From positions 592-64,591 of the forward strand of contig CAZWGA010000029.1 in assembly GCA_964633285.1 (NCBI GenBank): 64,000 bases of DNA. Direction: 5' to 3'. The translations under genes were made by a program, and so were the position numbers. Source of the DNA: an uncultured Solibacteraceae bacterium. Lineage in GTDB: Bacteria > Acidobacteriota > Terriglobia > 20CM-2-55-15. The notes beneath the pieces were generated by a model. The model searched no databases, was not told the origin of the DNA, and saw only the letters and a list, made by a program, of their open reading frames with translations. Shown here one piece after another: positions 27,867 to 39,340 of the stretch. How positions within the stretch are numbered: the first letter of the stretch is position 1; every line of letters starts with the position of its first letter.

Positions 27867-29164
27867 GTTCTTCCCACGCCATAGTAGGTGAATCCAAGCT
27901 GCCGTACCGAAGCCGGATCATAAATATTCCGGCCGTCGAAAATAACCGGCTGGCGCATGAGACTCTTCATGCGTTCAAAGTTCGGATTTCGAAAAGCCTG
28001 CCATTCGGTAATCAACAGGAGCGCGTCGGCGCCTTCGACACATCCGTAGTTGGTCGAAGCAAGCTTTACTCGCGATCCGAAAATCTTCTGTGCTTCATCC
28101 ATGGCTTCCGGATCGTAAGCCGTAACCGTTGCGCCCGCAGCCAGAAGCTCTTCAATAATCTTGATGGCCGGCGCGTCGCGCATGTCGTTCGTTCGGGGTT
28201 TGAATGAAAGGCCCCAGGCGGCAATCTGTTTGCCGTGCAGGTTGTTCGCAAAGTGCTGCCGCACTCTGCCGGCAAACCGTGAAGCCTGATCCTGATTCAC
28301 GGCGTCAACCGCTTCGAGAATTTTCATGTCGTAAGAGTGTTCGCGGCCGGTCTGGATCAACGCCCGAATATCTTTGGGGAAACAGCTTCCTCCAAAACCC
28401 ACACCTGGGAAAAGAAATGCCGGACCGATGCGGGAATCGGCGGCGAGGCCTTTTCGAATCATGTCGACGTTAGCGCCGACGCGTTCGCAAAGATTCGCGA
28501 TTTCATTCATGATGGAAATGCGCGCCGCGAGAAATACATTCGCGGCATACTTCACCATTTCGGCGGTGCGGACATCCACAAGGAGTATCGGGCTTCCGGT
28601 TCGCACAAATGGCGCGTAAAGATCCCGCAGGATTTCCGCCGGCCGGGCATCATCCGCGCCCACGATGACGCGATCCGGCTTCATGAAGTCTTCGACGGCC
28701 GCACCCTGTTTAAGAAACTCCGGATTGGATAGAACATCGAACGGATGCCGGGTTTCCTTCCCGATGATCTCTTTCAGACGTTCGCAAGTGCCCACGGGAA
28801 CCGTGGATTTCACAACAATCACTTTGTATCGATCCATCGCGCGCCCGATTTGCGAAGCGACGTTGAAGACGGAACTCAAGTCGGCCGCACCGCTGGGCGT
28901 CGTCGGCGTGCCGACCGCAATAAAAATGACGAGTGACTTCTTGACGGCTGCATCGAGATCTGTTGTGAAAGAAAGACGTTCCTCGCGCAGATTCCTTTCG
29001 ACAATCTCGGGAAGTCCAGGTTCATAGATCGGGATCGCGCCCCGTTTGAGTTTTTCGATCTTTTCGGCGTCGGAATCGACACAGCAAACGTCATTTCCGC
29101 TCTCAGCCAGACAGCTTCCCGCCACCAGGCCAACGTAACCGGTTCCAATGACTCCAATGTTCAT
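27863..29164 (-). CDS. ugd: UDP-glucose 6-dehydrogenase
   Basis: '[14 protein letters not shown]' NAD-binding motif, catalytic '[10 protein letters not shown]', 433 aa. Confidence 0.92.
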   Translation of the reverse strand: MNIGVIGTGYVGLVAGSCLAESGNDVCCVDSDAEKIEKLKRGAIPIYEPGLPEIVERNLREERLSFTTDLDAAVKKSLVIFIAVGTPTTPSGAADLSSVFNVASQIGRAMDRYKVIVVKSTVPVGTCERLKEIIGKETRHPFDVLSNPEFLKQGAAVEDFMKPDRVIVGADDARPAEILRDLYAPFVRTGSPILLVDVRTAEMVKYAANVFLAARISIMNEIANLCERVGANVDMIRKGLAADSRIGPAFLFPGVGFGGSCFPKDIRALIQTGREHSYDMKILEAVDAVNQDQASRFAGRVRQHFANNLHGKQIAAWGLSFKPRTNDMRDAPAIKIIEELLAAGATVTAYDPEAMDEAQKIFGSRVKLASTNYGCVEGADALLLITEWQAFRNPNFERMKSLMRQPVIFDGRNIYDPASVRQLGFTYYGVGRT

Positions 29165-29466
29165 TCAGACTCCAGGTGATCCTCGACAGCGGATCCGACT
29201 TTAGTCAGAAACGTTGCTGAGAACGAGGGTATTGCGCCGATTCCTTCATCCAAAATGATTTTGTCGATGCGATGAATGGGAAAGAACACGGTGGTCGGCT
29301 GCACTCCGCTTTCCTCGCGATTCGTTATATGGTCCATCCAATCGCCAAACGCATTGATATCGATCCCGCGTACTGTGACACCATGTGTCGCAATATCCAG
29401 AAGCCGTCCAAAGAAGCGTTCGCGCGGCGTATGCAGATTCACAATAACGATGGAGTTCAATTTCAT
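29161..29466 (-). CDS. Hypothetical protein (101 aa) embedded in the operon
   Basis: ATGA-coupled to ugd; GC3-biased; no motif recognised. Confidence 0.45.
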   Translation of the reverse strand: MKLNSIVIVNLHTPRERFFGRLLDIATHGVTVRGIDINAFGDWMDHITNREESGVQPTTVFFPIHRIDKIILDEGIGAIPSFSATFLTKVGSAVEDHLESE

Positions 29467-29470
29467 CAGG

Positions 29471-30133
29471 CTAGTACCCCATCACGCCGACATCCTGCTC
29501 GACAATCAGTTTTGGCTCCGTCAACTTCTGCAGTTCGTCGATGGTAATCCCGGTGCGAACCTCTTTGAGCACCAGACCTCGGGAGGTGACTTCAATGACA
29601 CACCATTCCGTGACGATGGTATCGACAACTTCCACGCCGGTGAGCGGCAGGCTGCACTTCCTGAGGATCTTCGGTTTGTTTTCCTTCGTGGCATGTTCCA
29701 TGGCGACGATCACTCGTTTCGCGCCGGCCACCAGATCCATTGCGCCGCCCATGCCTTTGACCATTTTTCCAGGAATCATCCAGTTTGCGAGGTTCCCGCG
29801 TTCGTCGACTTCCATGGCGCCGAGAACCGTGAGATCGACGTGACCGCCGCGGATCATTGCAAACGAATCCGCGCTGGAAAAATAGGATGCGCCGGCCACG
29901 GCGGTAACTGTTTCTTTGCCGGCGTTGATGAGATCCGGATCCTCTTCGCCTTCGAACGGAAAAGGCCCGATGCCGAGCAGTCCGTTTTCCGATTGCAAGA
30001 GGACTTCGATGCCCGGAGGAATGTAGTTGGCGCACAATGTCGGCATTCCAATCCCGAGATTGACGGTGTATCCGTCCTTCAGCTCGCGCGCAATTCGACG
30101 CGCGATAATTTCACGTTTGGGAAGTTCGCTCAT
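29471..30133 (-). CDS. scoB: 3-oxoacid CoA-transferase subunit B
   Basis: 'LGIGMPT', 'SENG' active-site Glu region, 220 aa. Confidence 0.9.
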   Translation of the reverse strand: MSELPKREIIARRIARELKDGYTVNLGIGMPTLCANYIPPGIEVLLQSENGLLGIGPFPFEGEEDPDLINAGKETVTAVAGASYFSSADSFAMIRGGHVDLTVLGAMEVDERGNLANWMIPGKMVKGMGGAMDLVAGAKRVIVAMEHATKENKPKILRKCSLPLTGVEVVDTIVTEWCVIEVTSRGLVLKEVRTGITIDELQKLTEPKLIVEQDVGVMGY

Positions 30134-30840
30134 CGGCCCGTACCATCGCGTTTTCGGACAGTGCGTTTTTCAATGCGCTTGTCATACCCCGGTCCCTGGA
30201 AAATGCGCTGAACGTAAATGGCGGGCGTGTGTACCGAGTCCGGATCGAGCGTTCCGAGTTCGACGAGCTCTTCAACTTCCGCAATCGTGATGCGGCCTGC
30301 GGTGGCCATCACCGGGTTGAAGTTTCTCGCCGTTTTTCGATACACCAGATTTCCCCACTTATCGCCTTTCCATGCTTTGACGAAAGCGAAGTCCGCGGTC
30401 AGCCCTCGTTCGAAAACGTACATGCGGCCATCAAACTCGCGTGTCTCCTTGCCTTCGGCGACGAGTGTTCCATAACCCGTCGGTGTGAAGAAACCCGCAA
30501 TGCCCGCGCCGCCGGCGCGCATTCGCTCAGAGAACGTTCCCTGGGGCACCAGTTCCACTTCGAGTTCGCCGGCCAGAGCCAGTTTTTCGAAAAGGTGATT
30601 TTCGCCGACGTAAGTTGAAATGATCTTTCGAATCTGACGCGCTTCGAGCAGAAGACCAACGCCCAGGCCATCGATCCCGGCATTGTTACTGATAATGGTG
30701 AGGTCCTTGACACCCTTCTCACGAGTTGCATGGATAAGATGTTCAGGCAGGCCGCAAAGTCCAAAGCCGCCGACCATGATCGTCGCGCCATCGCGCAAGT
30801 CCGCAATGGCTTCGCGCGCGTCACGCACAACCTTGTTCAT
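30130..30840 (-). CDS. scoA: 3-oxoacid CoA-transferase subunit A
   Basis: '[17 protein letters not shown]' motif, 236 aa, ATGA overlap with scoB. Confidence 0.9.
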   Translation of the reverse strand: MNKVVRDAREAIADLRDGATIMVGGFGLCGLPEHLIHATREKGVKDLTIISNNAGIDGLGVGLLLEARQIRKIISTYVGENHLFEKLALAGELEVELVPQGTFSERMRAGGAGIAGFFTPTGYGTLVAEGKETREFDGRMYVFERGLTADFAFVKAWKGDKWGNLVYRKTARNFNPVMATAGRITIAEVEELVELGTLDPDSVHTPAIYVQRIFQGPGYDKRIEKRTVRKRDGTGR

Positions 30841-31610
30841 TGATGGCCCTCACGTTTGAACAGGCTTTCGATTTCATCAAAGTTTCCCGCCTCGATGGAA
30901 TCCAGAATCTGTTGAAGCCGTTCAATGAATGATTGCAGCTCCCGCGGCAGGTACCCGGACGTTTTAAAGATATCACGCCAAACATGAAGAGGACTGTTGG
31001 CAAGACGCGTCATCGAACGCAGTCCCGGCCCGGCCATTTCTTTATGAGATGAAGTGTGTCCGGCCAGCACCGTCGAGATCACCTGAGGCAGATGGCTGAT
31101 CTGCGCTACAAGCCGGTCGTGATCCTCCGGAGAAATGACATGAGGTACGGCGCCGACGGCTCCGGCGATATTTTCCATCTCCCGGAGAGCATGGTCCGGC
31201 GTGGATTTCACCGGGCACAGAAAATAGGGCGAGCCCTTGAAGAGGTCCGCGCTGGCCGCCTCCGGGCCGGATTGTTCGATGCCGGCCATGGGATGGCCGC
31301 CCACAAAAGGAACGTTCAGACGTTCCGCGCGATGGCAAATGGCCACTTTGGTGCTGCCGACATCCGTAACGAGACATTGTTCTGAAGTGAACCGGTCGAG
31401 AAGCTTCAGGATGTCGCCCACCGGAGTTGCAAGGACAGTTAAATCCGCCGGCGCAGGACCTGTTTCATTGATGATGTTGAGACTCTTTGCACGAGCGGCG
31501 ATCTCAGGGCGATCCACACCCGTGATGTGTATCGACGGAAACGCCCGCCGGAGCGCCAGAGCGAACGATCCACCGATCAAACCGGTCCCGTAGATGCACA
31601 CGGTTTTCAT
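30837..31610 (-). CDS. tyrA: Prephenate/arogenate dehydrogenase
   Basis: 'VCIYGTGLIGGSFALAL' NAD motif, 'GGHPMAG' catalytic region. Confidence 0.85.
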   Translation of the reverse strand: MKTVCIYGTGLIGGSFALALRRAFPSIHITGVDRPEIAARAKSLNIINETGPAPADLTVLATPVGDILKLLDRFTSEQCLVTDVGSTKVAICHRAERLNVPFVGGHPMAGIEQSGPEAASADLFKGSPYFLCPVKSTPDHALREMENIAGAVGAVPHVISPEDHDRLVAQISHLPQVISTVLAGHTSSHKEMAGPGLRSMTRLANSPLHVWRDIFKTSGYLPRELQSFIERLQQILDSIEAGNFDEIESLFKREGHQ

Positions 31611-31622
31611 TCGACAACAAAC

Positions 31623-32648
31623 TCACATCATTGCGCGCTGCACCGCTGGAGCGATGATGTTGAGTTGCGACATCAGTTCGCGGAATTGCGCGGGATAAAG
31701 GGACTGCGCTCCATCGCACAACGCAGTCTCGGGAGAATGATGAACTTCGATCAATAGCCCATCGGCTCCTGCTGCGACTGCTGCTCGAGCCATGGGAGCT
31801 ACTTTGTCGCGCCGGCCCGTGCCGTGAGAAGGATCGACAAGAATCGGCAGATGCGACAACTTCTTGATTACCGGAATTGCGGAAATATCCAGAGTGTTTC
31901 TCGTGTAATCCTCAAACGTGCGAATGCCGCGTTCGCACAACATCACATCGTGATTGCCGCCCGACAGGATGTATTCAGCCGACAACAGCCATTCTTCAAT
32001 CGTGGCCGAAGGTCCGCGCTTCAACAAAACAGGACGCCGTACTTTCGCCAGTTCTTTCAGCAGATCGAAGTTCTGCATATTCCTCGCGCCGACCTGAAGA
32101 ATATCGACGTAGTCGAGAAACATGGGGATCTGTGTTTGATTCATGATCTCGGACACGACGATCAGGTTGTACTTGTCCGCCGCCTGCCGCAGTACCTGCA
32201 GGCCTTCCTCCCCCATTCCCTGAAAGCTGTACGGTGAAGTTCTCGGCTTGAAGGCTCCGCCGCGAAGGACACGAATGCCGCACTCGCCCATGATTCCCGC
32301 AAGCGTCATGATCTGCGTGTCGCTTTCGACGGTGCACGGTCCGGCCATCATCACAACATCGCGGCCGCCTATTTGAATCTGACGCCCGGGCGGCCCGGCC
32401 TTGACGATGGTGCCTCCGGGTTTGAAGGCGCGGCTCGCCAATTTGTACGACGCCGAGATCTTCACGACTTCGCGCACGCCTTCAAGCAGTTCGATATCCC
32501 GCGGATCCACGGGCGCGCCGCCAACAGCACCGAGGACGGTGTGCGCGGCACCGGTCGAACGGTGAACATCGAATCCCATTTGAATCAGGCGATCGATGAC
32601 GCTCTGAATCTGCTCTTCTTTCGCCCCTTCATGCATTACAACAACCAT
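31623..32648 (-). CDS. 3-deoxy-7-phosphoheptulonate (DAHP) synthase, type I-beta with an N-terminal ferredoxin-like regulatory domain
   Basis: KDO8P/DAHP synthase core 'GPCTVES...RGGAFKPRTSPYSFQG...VDPSH'; N-terminal ACT/FL-like extension. Confidence 0.88.
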   Translation of the reverse strand: MVVVMHEGAKEEQIQSVIDRLIQMGFDVHRSTGAAHTVLGAVGGAPVDPRDIELLEGVREVVKISASYKLASRAFKPGGTIVKAGPPGRQIQIGGRDVVMMAGPCTVESDTQIMTLAGIMGECGIRVLRGGAFKPRTSPYSFQGMGEEGLQVLRQAADKYNLIVVSEIMNQTQIPMFLDYVDILQVGARNMQNFDLLKELAKVRRPVLLKRGPSATIEEWLLSAEYILSGGNHDVMLCERGIRTFEDYTRNTLDISAIPVIKKLSHLPILVDPSHGTGRRDKVAPMARAAVAAGADGLLIEVHHSPETALCDGAQSLYPAQFRELMSQLNIIAPAVQRAMM

Positions 32649-32654
32649 GAATTC

Positions 32655-32930
32655 TTAATCCTTCTTCTCCCGCTCAACACGTTCAATCCGGCGGCATTCA
32701 TCGATGATTCGCTCGAATAATCGCTGCAGACCTTCATCGTCGAGAGGTCCTGGATTCCCGGTCTTGATTCGTTGAAGTATTTCCCGCTCCCGCTCCGGAT
32801 CGTACACACGCAAATCCAGGGCATGTTTGATTCTTCCAATCTCAATCGCGCATTTGGCGCGCTCGTTCAGGAGCTCCACGAGCTTCCTGTCGAGTTCATC
32901 GATTTTGCGCCGCCAGTCCTCGATGCTCAT
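32655..32930 (-). CDS. Chorismate mutase (AroQ class), 91 aa
   Basis: 'IDELDRKLVELLNERAKCAIEIGRIK' AroQ helix; the start at MSIEDW gives an ATGA overlap with the trpA stop. Confidence 0.8.
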   Translation of the reverse strand: MSIEDWRRKIDELDRKLVELLNERAKCAIEIGRIKHALDLRVYDPEREREILQRIKTGNPGPLDDEGLQRLFERIIDECRRIERVEREKKD

Positions 32931-33703
32931 TTTGTTTTCAGCCACTCCGTGAATGCCGCCACCTTCTCCACCAATTCTGCGCGGCCGAGATTCCGTTCGA
33001 TCTCCTTGACGATGGCGCTGCCTACAATCGCGCCATCCGCTTCCTGCCACACGGCCTGAACGTGTTCGGGACGTGATATTCCAAAGCCCACAGCGATCGG
33101 CGATTTGGTGTGGGACCGTAATGTCCGGAGAAACACCCGCAATTCTCCGGATAATTCCTGAGTCTCGCCCGTCACGCCCGTGCGCGACACGGCATACAGA
33201 AACCCCGTCGAGGTTTCCGCGATCTTCTTCAGACGTTCCTCGGAACTGGTCGGCGCTGCCAGAAAAATGGTATTCAAACCCACTGCGTTCATCGTGCGGA
33301 CGAATGATTCGGATTCTTCCACGGTCAGGTCGCTTGCCAGCACGCCATCGAATCCGGATTTGACGGCGTCCGCGGCCAGTTTTTCGAGACCATGATTCAA
33401 CAGCGGATTAAAGTAACTGAACAATACAAGTGGAATCTCGGATTTCCTGCGAATGTTTTCGCCCAGTTTCAGCACTTTATTTAATGTGACGCCGTTGTGC
33501 AGCGCTCGTTCGGTTGCCCTCTGAATCACAGGACCGTCGGCAATAGGATCCGAAAACGGGACGCCGAGTTCGATAATGTCCGCGCCCGCGCGTTCGAGCG
33601 CGAGAACGAGGTCCAGCGTGGTTTCCAGGCTTGGATCTCCGGCCGTGACGTAAGGAATGAACGCCTTGCGTCCCTGCGCAAACTTCTTCTCAATTCGAGT
33701 CAT
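32927..33703 (-). CDS. trpA: Tryptophan synthase alpha chain
   Basis: 'FIPYVTAGDP...ADIIELGVPFSDPIADGPVIQ' signature. Confidence 0.93.
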   Translation of the reverse strand: MTRIEKKFAQGRKAFIPYVTAGDPSLETTLDLVLALERAGADIIELGVPFSDPIADGPVIQRATERALHNGVTLNKVLKLGENIRRKSEIPLVLFSYFNPLLNHGLEKLAADAVKSGFDGVLASDLTVEESESFVRTMNAVGLNTIFLAAPTSSEERLKKIAETSTGFLYAVSRTGVTGETQELSGELRVFLRTLRSHTKSPIAVGFGISRPEHVQAVWQEADGAIVGSAIVKEIERNLGRAELVEKVAAFTEWLKTK

Positions 33704-33716
33704 GATGTCGCTGATC

Positions 33717-34883
33717 TCACTTCCTCTGGATCAACCGGATGACTTCTGATACGTCTTTGTCCCCGCGCCCCGACAGATTTACGACTGCGAGTTGATCGGC
33801 CGGTAATTTCAACTTCTTCGCCTGCGCGATTGCATGCGCGCTTTCGAGAGCCGGAATGATGCCTTCAAGATGGCTCAATTCCTGAAAAGCGTCGAGGGCT
33901 TCGTCATCGTTAATGCTGGTGTATTCGACACGGCCCGTATCGTGAAATCGGGCATGCTCGGGTCCGACAGCCGGATAATCCAGTCCGGCGGAAACGGAGT
34001 GCGTCGGAACAACCTGGCCGTCGTCATCCTGAAGAATGTACGAAAACGTGCCGTGCAAAACTCCGGGCCGTCCTCCTGAAAACCGCGCGGCATGGTCGCC
34101 GAGTTTCGGCCCGCGTCCGCCGGCTTCAGCGCCGATCATTCGAATCTGCTTGTCTTCGACAAAATCATGAAACAAACCGATGGCGTTGCTTCCTCCACCG
34201 ACACACGCGACGAGCACGTCGGGCAGCTGGCCTTCCTTCTCGAGAATCTGCGCCCGAACTTCACGGCCGATGACGGATTGAAAATCGCGGACCATGAGCG
34301 GATAAGGATGCGGCCCGAGGACCGATCCGAGCATGTAGTAAGTCGTGCGAACATTGGTAACCCAGTCGCGCATCGATTCATTGATTGCGTCTTTCAATGT
34401 TTTGCTGCCTGCCGCGACCGGAAGAACGCGAGCGCCCAGCAGCTTCATGCGAAATACATTGAGTTCCTGGCGGCGGATGTCCTCCTCGCCCATATAGACA
34501 TCGCATTCGAGCCCAAGGAGCGCGCAGACCGTCGCTGTCGCAACGCCGTGCTGGCCTGCTCCGGTCTCGGCGATGATCCTCTTCTTGCCCATGCGCCGCG
34601 CCAGCAAGCCCTGTCCAAGACAGTTGTTGATCTTGTGCGCGCCCGTGTGATTGAGATCTTCGCGTTTGAGATATATCTTTCCGCTGCCCCACGTTCGTGT
34701 AAGCCGTTCGGCAAAGTAGAGCGCGGTCGGTCGGCCCGAGTAGTTGTGAAACAACTGGTCGAGTTCCGCGTGGAAGGCCGGATCGCGTTGGGCGGCCGCG
34801 TAGGCCGCCTCGAGTTCCTCGAGGGGATGCATGAGCGTTTCGGGCACGAATTGCCCGCCATAATTTCCGTAATGACCTTTCAT
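33717..34883 (-). CDS. trpB: Tryptophan synthase beta chain
   Basis: PLP-lysine motif 'HTGAHKINN', 'GGGSNA' and the rest of the TrpB fold; 388 aa. Confidence 0.95.
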   Translation of the reverse strand: MKGHYGNYGGQFVPETLMHPLEELEAAYAAAQRDPAFHAELDQLFHNYSGRPTALYFAERLTRTWGSGKIYLKREDLNHTGAHKINNCLGQGLLARRMGKKRIIAETGAGQHGVATATVCALLGLECDVYMGEEDIRRQELNVFRMKLLGARVLPVAAGSKTLKDAINESMRDWVTNVRTTYYMLGSVLGPHPYPLMVRDFQSVIGREVRAQILEKEGQLPDVLVACVGGGSNAIGLFHDFVEDKQIRMIGAEAGGRGPKLGDHAARFSGGRPGVLHGTFSYILQDDDGQVVPTHSVSAGLDYPAVGPEHARFHDTGRVEYTSINDDEALDAFQELSHLEGIIPALESAHAIAQAKKLKLPADQLAVVNLSGRGDKDVSEVIRLIQRK

Positions 34884-35521
34884 AACGCACCTATCATAGC
34901 GGCGTCCGCACTCTGAACTGCTTCAATGAAGCGCCGCATCTTGTCGTAATCTTTCCTGCCCGGGACCGATTCCACGCCGCTCGCAACATCCACACCGAAA
35001 GGATGCAGCGTGCTCACAACCTGCGACACATTTTCGGGTGTCAATCCGCCCGCGATGATTATCGAGCCGAACGCATTCGCGCCAAACACAAGTTCCCAAT
35101 TGAACGTTTTGCCCGTTCCGCCGAACTGTTCCGGAGAGCAGGCGTCGAGAAGGAAATTTCCACTGCCGTGGCAGCGCAGAGTATCGACGCGGAAATTCGA
35201 ATCCACCCGAAATACTTTGATCACCTTTACGCGCTGTATGACCGAACAGTAGTCCGGTGTTTCGTTGCCGTGAAGCTGGACGGCATGCAATCCCAGCGAT
35301 AATGCAAAATCCTCCAGATTATGCGGATCCGGATGATTCACGAAGACACCGACCGGCGTCACGAAAGGCGGGAGCCCTTCGATAATCTTCGCTGCGCGCG
35401 CCGGCTCGATATACCTCGGACTGTTCGGATAGAAATTCAAACCGATGGCATTCGCGCCGAGCAGCGCCGCATCTCGCGCATCCTCGAGTTCGGTAATCCC
35501 GCAGATCTTGACGCGCGTCAC
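34880..35521 (-). CDS. trpF: Phosphoribosylanthranilate isomerase
   Basis: 'VKICGIT' N-terminus and TIM-barrel PRAI motifs. Confidence 0.88.
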   Translation of the reverse strand: MTRVKICGITELEDARDAALLGANAIGLNFYPNSPRYIEPARAAKIIEGLPPFVTPVGVFVNHPDPHNLEDFALSLGLHAVQLHGNETPDYCSVIQRVKVIKVFRVDSNFRVDTLRCHGSGNFLLDACSPEQFGGTGKTFNWELVFGANAFGSIIIAGGLTPENVSQVVSTLHPFGVDVASGVESVPGRKDYDKMRRFIEAVQSADAAMIGAL

Positions 35522-36309
35522 AGCAAACCTCGAAGAGCCGCAGCGGGATCGGCCGAAGTAAGAAAATGTTCTCCAATCAGAAAGGCGTCCGCCCCGGAGT
35601 CGATCAGCCGATCGAGGTCCGCGCGGTTGTGGATCCCGCTTTCCACAACAAATAAGCGATCGGCAGGAATCAATGTTGCGAGTCGAATCGAAGTTTCGAT
35701 GTCCACGTTGAACGACTTCAGATCGCGATTATTTACTCCGATGATCGAGGCTCCGGCCTCGAGCGCTTCGCCCAGCTCCGCTTCATCATGAACTTCAACC
35801 AATGCATCCAGCTTTAGTTCGCGCGCCAGCGTCATGAGATCCTTGAGCTCCGCGGGTTCCAGCATCGCAACGATAAAAAGAATCGCGCTGGCTCCGCCGG
35901 CCCGCGTTTCATAAACCTGAAATGCGCTGTAAATAAAATCCTTCCTCAGGATCGGCAACGCGGACAATTCGCGAATTTGTCCGATCCAGCCCAGATCACC
36001 CTGAAAGAAATCTTCTTCGGTAACGACGGATATCGCGCTGGCTCCGGCCTTCGTGTAGGCCGTTGCCTGCCCGGCAGCGTTCAGGCCGGCATTGAGCACT
36101 CCTTTCGAGGGTGATGCCTTCTTCACTTCAGCGATGATGCGGATCCGCTGCGGCGTTTCCAGCGCTTCTTTGAAAGAAGGAACCGGCTTCGCGGTTTCCG
36201 CCATCCGTTTCACGATCGCTTCAGGCACACGCTGGCGTTGGACCTGAAGCCGCTTTCGTTTGGCTTCGATGATGCGCGTCAGAATGTGGGTGCCGTCCAG
36301 GTGTTTCAT
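35518..36309 (-). CDS. trpC: Indole-3-glycerol phosphate synthase
   Basis: 'IIAEVKKASPSKG' and 'EVH' IGPS motifs. Confidence 0.9.
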   Translation of the reverse strand: MKHLDGTHILTRIIEAKRKRLQVQRQRVPEAIVKRMAETAKPVPSFKEALETPQRIRIIAEVKKASPSKGVLNAGLNAAGQATAYTKAGASAISVVTEEDFFQGDLGWIGQIRELSALPILRKDFIYSAFQVYETRAGGASAILFIVAMLEPAELKDLMTLARELKLDALVEVHDEAELGEALEAGASIIGVNNRDLKSFNVDIETSIRLATLIPADRLFVVESGIHNRADLDRLIDSGADAFLIGEHFLTSADPAAALRGLL

Positions 36310-36315
36310 GTTTCC

Positions 36316-37323
36316 TTACACAAAACTCCTCAATCCTTCCAATGTCTTCAACGCCGCCCCGCTGTCGATTGCATTTGCGGCGGCCTGAATGCCTTCCTTC
36401 CATGTTTTCGCAGCGCCCGCTGCAACAATCGCCGGAGCGGCGTTCAGCAGGACGACATCGCGCCGCGGACCGGCCTCGCCTCGCAGTACGCTCTCGATGA
36501 TTTTTGCGTTTTCCGGGGCGTCCCCTCCGAGGAGCGTTTCGATCTTTGCGGGCTTGATATCGAAATCCTCCGGAGTCATCACAAACTGCCGGATTTCGCC
36601 TCGCCGTGTTTCGACAACGTACGTGCGGCTTGAAATGGAAACTTCATCCATTCCATTGGCGCCATGAACCACAAATGCGTGTTCGAGATTCAAACCCTGA
36701 AGCGCGTTGGCCATGAGTTCCATGATTTCCGGCGACGACACGCCGACAACCTGGAACGGCGCTGCAGCGGGACTCGCCAGCGGTCCGAGAATGTTAAATA
36801 CGGTTCTGACTTTCAACTGCGAGCGCGCCGGCATGACATGTTTCATGGACGTATGAAATCGCTGCGCGAACAGAAACCCGAAACCCAAATCTTTGATCGC
36901 GCGACGAAGCCGTTCGATCGGCATCTGAATATCGATGCCGAGAGCTTCGATGACGTCCGCGCTTCCGCAGCGGCTCGTGGCTGAGCGGTTTCCATGTTTT
37001 GCGACCCGAACGCCGGCTCCTGCCGCAACGAAGGCGGCCGCGGTCGAAATATTGAACGTGCCGGATCGATCGCCCCCGGTTCCGGCGGTATCGAGCACCG
37101 GAAGGATTTCTCCATCCCAGAGCGGTTCCGCCTTCTCCCGCATCACCAACGCGAAACCGACCAGTTCCTGCGCTGTTTCTCCCTTCATTCGCAACGCAGT
37201 CAGAAAGCCTGCGATCTGTGCATCCGTTGCCTTGCCCGTCATGATTTCTTCCATTGCCGCGCGCGCTTCCGCTTCCGTGAGATCTGCGCGGTCGATCATT
37301 TTCTGGATGAAATCGGTAAGCAT
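36316..37323 (-). CDS. trpD: Anthranilate phosphoribosyltransferase
   Basis: 'DTAGTGGD', 'KHGNRS' TrpD motifs. Confidence 0.92.
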   Translation of the reverse strand: MLTDFIQKMIDRADLTEAEARAAMEEIMTGKATDAQIAGFLTALRMKGETAQELVGFALVMREKAEPLWDGEILPVLDTAGTGGDRSGTFNISTAAAFVAAGAGVRVAKHGNRSATSRCGSADVIEALGIDIQMPIERLRRAIKDLGFGFLFAQRFHTSMKHVMPARSQLKVRTVFNILGPLASPAAAPFQVVGVSSPEIMELMANALQGLNLEHAFVVHGANGMDEVSISSRTYVVETRRGEIRQFVMTPEDFDIKPAKIETLLGGDAPENAKIIESVLRGEAGPRRDVVLLNAAPAIVAAGAAKTWKEGIQAAANAIDSGAALKTLEGLRSFV

Positions 37324-37326
37324 GGA

Positions 37327-37887
37327 TCACACCTTGAGAAAGTTCTTCAGCAGATTCTTCCCTTCGTTCGTCATGATCGATTCGGGATGGAACTGAATGC
37401 CTTCCGCCAGAAATTCTCGATGGCGCAATCCCATCACGAGGCCATCTTTGGTTTTGGCGCTGACTTCGAGACATGCGGGAATATTCGACACCATCAGTGA
37501 ATGATATCGGGTTGCGGCAAAGCCCTGAGGCAAGCCCGCGAAAAGCCCTCTGCCGTCATGAAGAATCTCGCTGATTTTGCCGTGCATCAAAGTCGGAGCG
37601 CGCTGAATGGTTCCTCCGAACACTTCGCCGATGGCCTGATGTCCGAGGCAAACGCCGAGTATTGGAATCGATTTGTGAAAACGCCGAACCACATCCTCGG
37701 TAATGCCCGCGTCCGCAGGCGTGCCCGGTCCGGGAGAAATCACAATCCGGGCAGGCTTCAACTTCTCGATCTCGTCGAGGCTGATCTTGTTGTTTCGGAA
37801 TACACGCAGCTCTTCATCGCCCAGTTCGCCGAGATACTGGACAAGGTTGTACGTGAAGGAGTCGTAGTTGTCGATGACGAGGATCAT
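37327..37887 (-). CDS. trpG: Anthranilate synthase component II (class-I glutamine amidotransferase)
   Basis: 'GVCLGHQ' catalytic Cys, 'GIQFHPES' His; 186 aa. Confidence 0.9.
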   Translation of the reverse strand: MILVIDNYDSFTYNLVQYLGELGDEELRVFRNNKISLDEIEKLKPARIVISPGPGTPADAGITEDVVRRFHKSIPILGVCLGHQAIGEVFGGTIQRAPTLMHGKISEILHDGRGLFAGLPQGFAATRYHSLMVSNIPACLEVSAKTKDGLVMGLRHREFLAEGIQFHPESIMTNEGKNLLKNFLKV

Positions 37888-39326
37888 AGTTCAAACCCCC
37901 GCTGAGCCAGATTCATCGCGCGAATCAACGCCCGGGACTTGTTGACGGTTTCTATGTATTCGTTCTCAGGCACGGAATCCGCGACGATGCCGCCGCCGGC
38001 CTGAATGTAACCTTTGTTACCGCGAACAACGAGTGTGCGAATGGCGATGCATGAATCGAGATTTTTGCTGAAGTCCACGTACATGACGGCGCCGGCATAA
38101 ACACAGCGTTTCGTCGGTTCGAACTCGTCGATGATTTCCATGGCGCGGACTTTCGGCGCTCCGGAAACGGTCCCGGCGGGAAAGCACGCCATCAGCGCGT
38201 CCCAGCGATCGACACCGGGTCTCAATTCTCCACGCAGAGACGAGACCAGATGCATGACGTGTGAATAGCGCTCGATGACCATCAGGTCTTCGACGCGCAC
38301 TGAGCCGTATTTGGAGACGCGTCCGAGATCGTTCCGTCCGAGATCCACGAGCATGATGTGTTCTGCGCGTTCCTTTTCGTCGGCGAGCAATTTACCGGCG
38401 AGCGCTTCATCCTCCGCGACGTTCGCGCCGCGAGGCAGAGTTCCGGCAATCGGCCGGTATTCGACGTCGCGTCCGCGAACCCGCACCAGCATTTCCGGTG
38501 ACGATCCCACAATGGCGGAGTCGGGCATTTTGAGGAAATACATATACGGCGAAGGATTGACAATCCGCAGCGCGCGATAAATTTCAAACGGCGATACCGG
38601 CAAATCCACTTCGAATCGTTGCGACAACACGACCTGAAAGATGTCGCCGGCGGCAATGTACTCTTTCGCTTTATCAACCGCGTCGAGGTAATCCTTCTTT
38701 TCGAAATTCGAGCGGACCGTGACATCGCCTTCCTTATGTGTGACTGGAGGAATCTCCAGGGGCTCACGAAGAAGAGCCTCGATCCGGCGGATTTCTTCGA
38801 CGGCTTTCTCATACTGGACCTCGATCGGCTCCTGCGATTCACCGGCAATGATGTTCGAGATGATGTGAATCTGATGCCGCAGGTGATCGAATGCGAGAAT
38901 GGTTTTGTAGAACATCATGACGGCATCGTCGGTGCCGATATCATCGACGCCCGTTTTGGGAATATCTTCGATGGTCCGCACCATGTCATAGCCGAAATAT
39001 CCGACGGCGCCGCCCGTGAACGGTGGAAGGTCCGGCAGCTTCACGGAGGTGAAGCGATCCATCGTTGTCCGCAGGTCCTGCATGAAATCAGCAGGCTCGC
39101 CGTCTCGAAAGCGTTTGATCAGGAAAGGATCGCCGCCGAGGAAGGAATAGCGCGCGATGCGTTCTCCGCCTTCCACGCTTTCCAGAAGAAACGCGTATGC
39201 GCGATCTCTCTCAAGCTTCAGGAATGCCGACACCGGCGTCAGGAAATCGGCAATGACCGATTTGTAAACCGGAATGACGTTTCCCTCAGATTGAAGTTTC
39301 TTTACTTCTTCGAGACTGGGTTGCAT
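37884..39326 (-). CDS. trpE: Anthranilate synthase component I
   Basis: Chorismate-binding 'SPE', 'GAVGYFGYD', 'GGIVADS' motifs; 480 aa. Confidence 0.93.
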   Translation of the reverse strand: MQPSLEEVKKLQSEGNVIPVYKSVIADFLTPVSAFLKLERDRAYAFLLESVEGGERIARYSFLGGDPFLIKRFRDGEPADFMQDLRTTMDRFTSVKLPDLPPFTGGAVGYFGYDMVRTIEDIPKTGVDDIGTDDAVMMFYKTILAFDHLRHQIHIISNIIAGESQEPIEVQYEKAVEEIRRIEALLREPLEIPPVTHKEGDVTVRSNFEKKDYLDAVDKAKEYIAAGDIFQVVLSQRFEVDLPVSPFEIYRALRIVNPSPYMYFLKMPDSAIVGSSPEMLVRVRGRDVEYRPIAGTLPRGANVAEDEALAGKLLADEKERAEHIMLVDLGRNDLGRVSKYGSVRVEDLMVIERYSHVMHLVSSLRGELRPGVDRWDALMACFPAGTVSGAPKVRAMEIIDEFEPTKRCVYAGAVMYVDFSKNLDSCIAIRTLVVRGNKGYIQAGGGIVADSVPENEYIETVNKSRALIRAMNLAQRGFEL

Positions 39327-39340
39327 AAGTCACATTTTGC

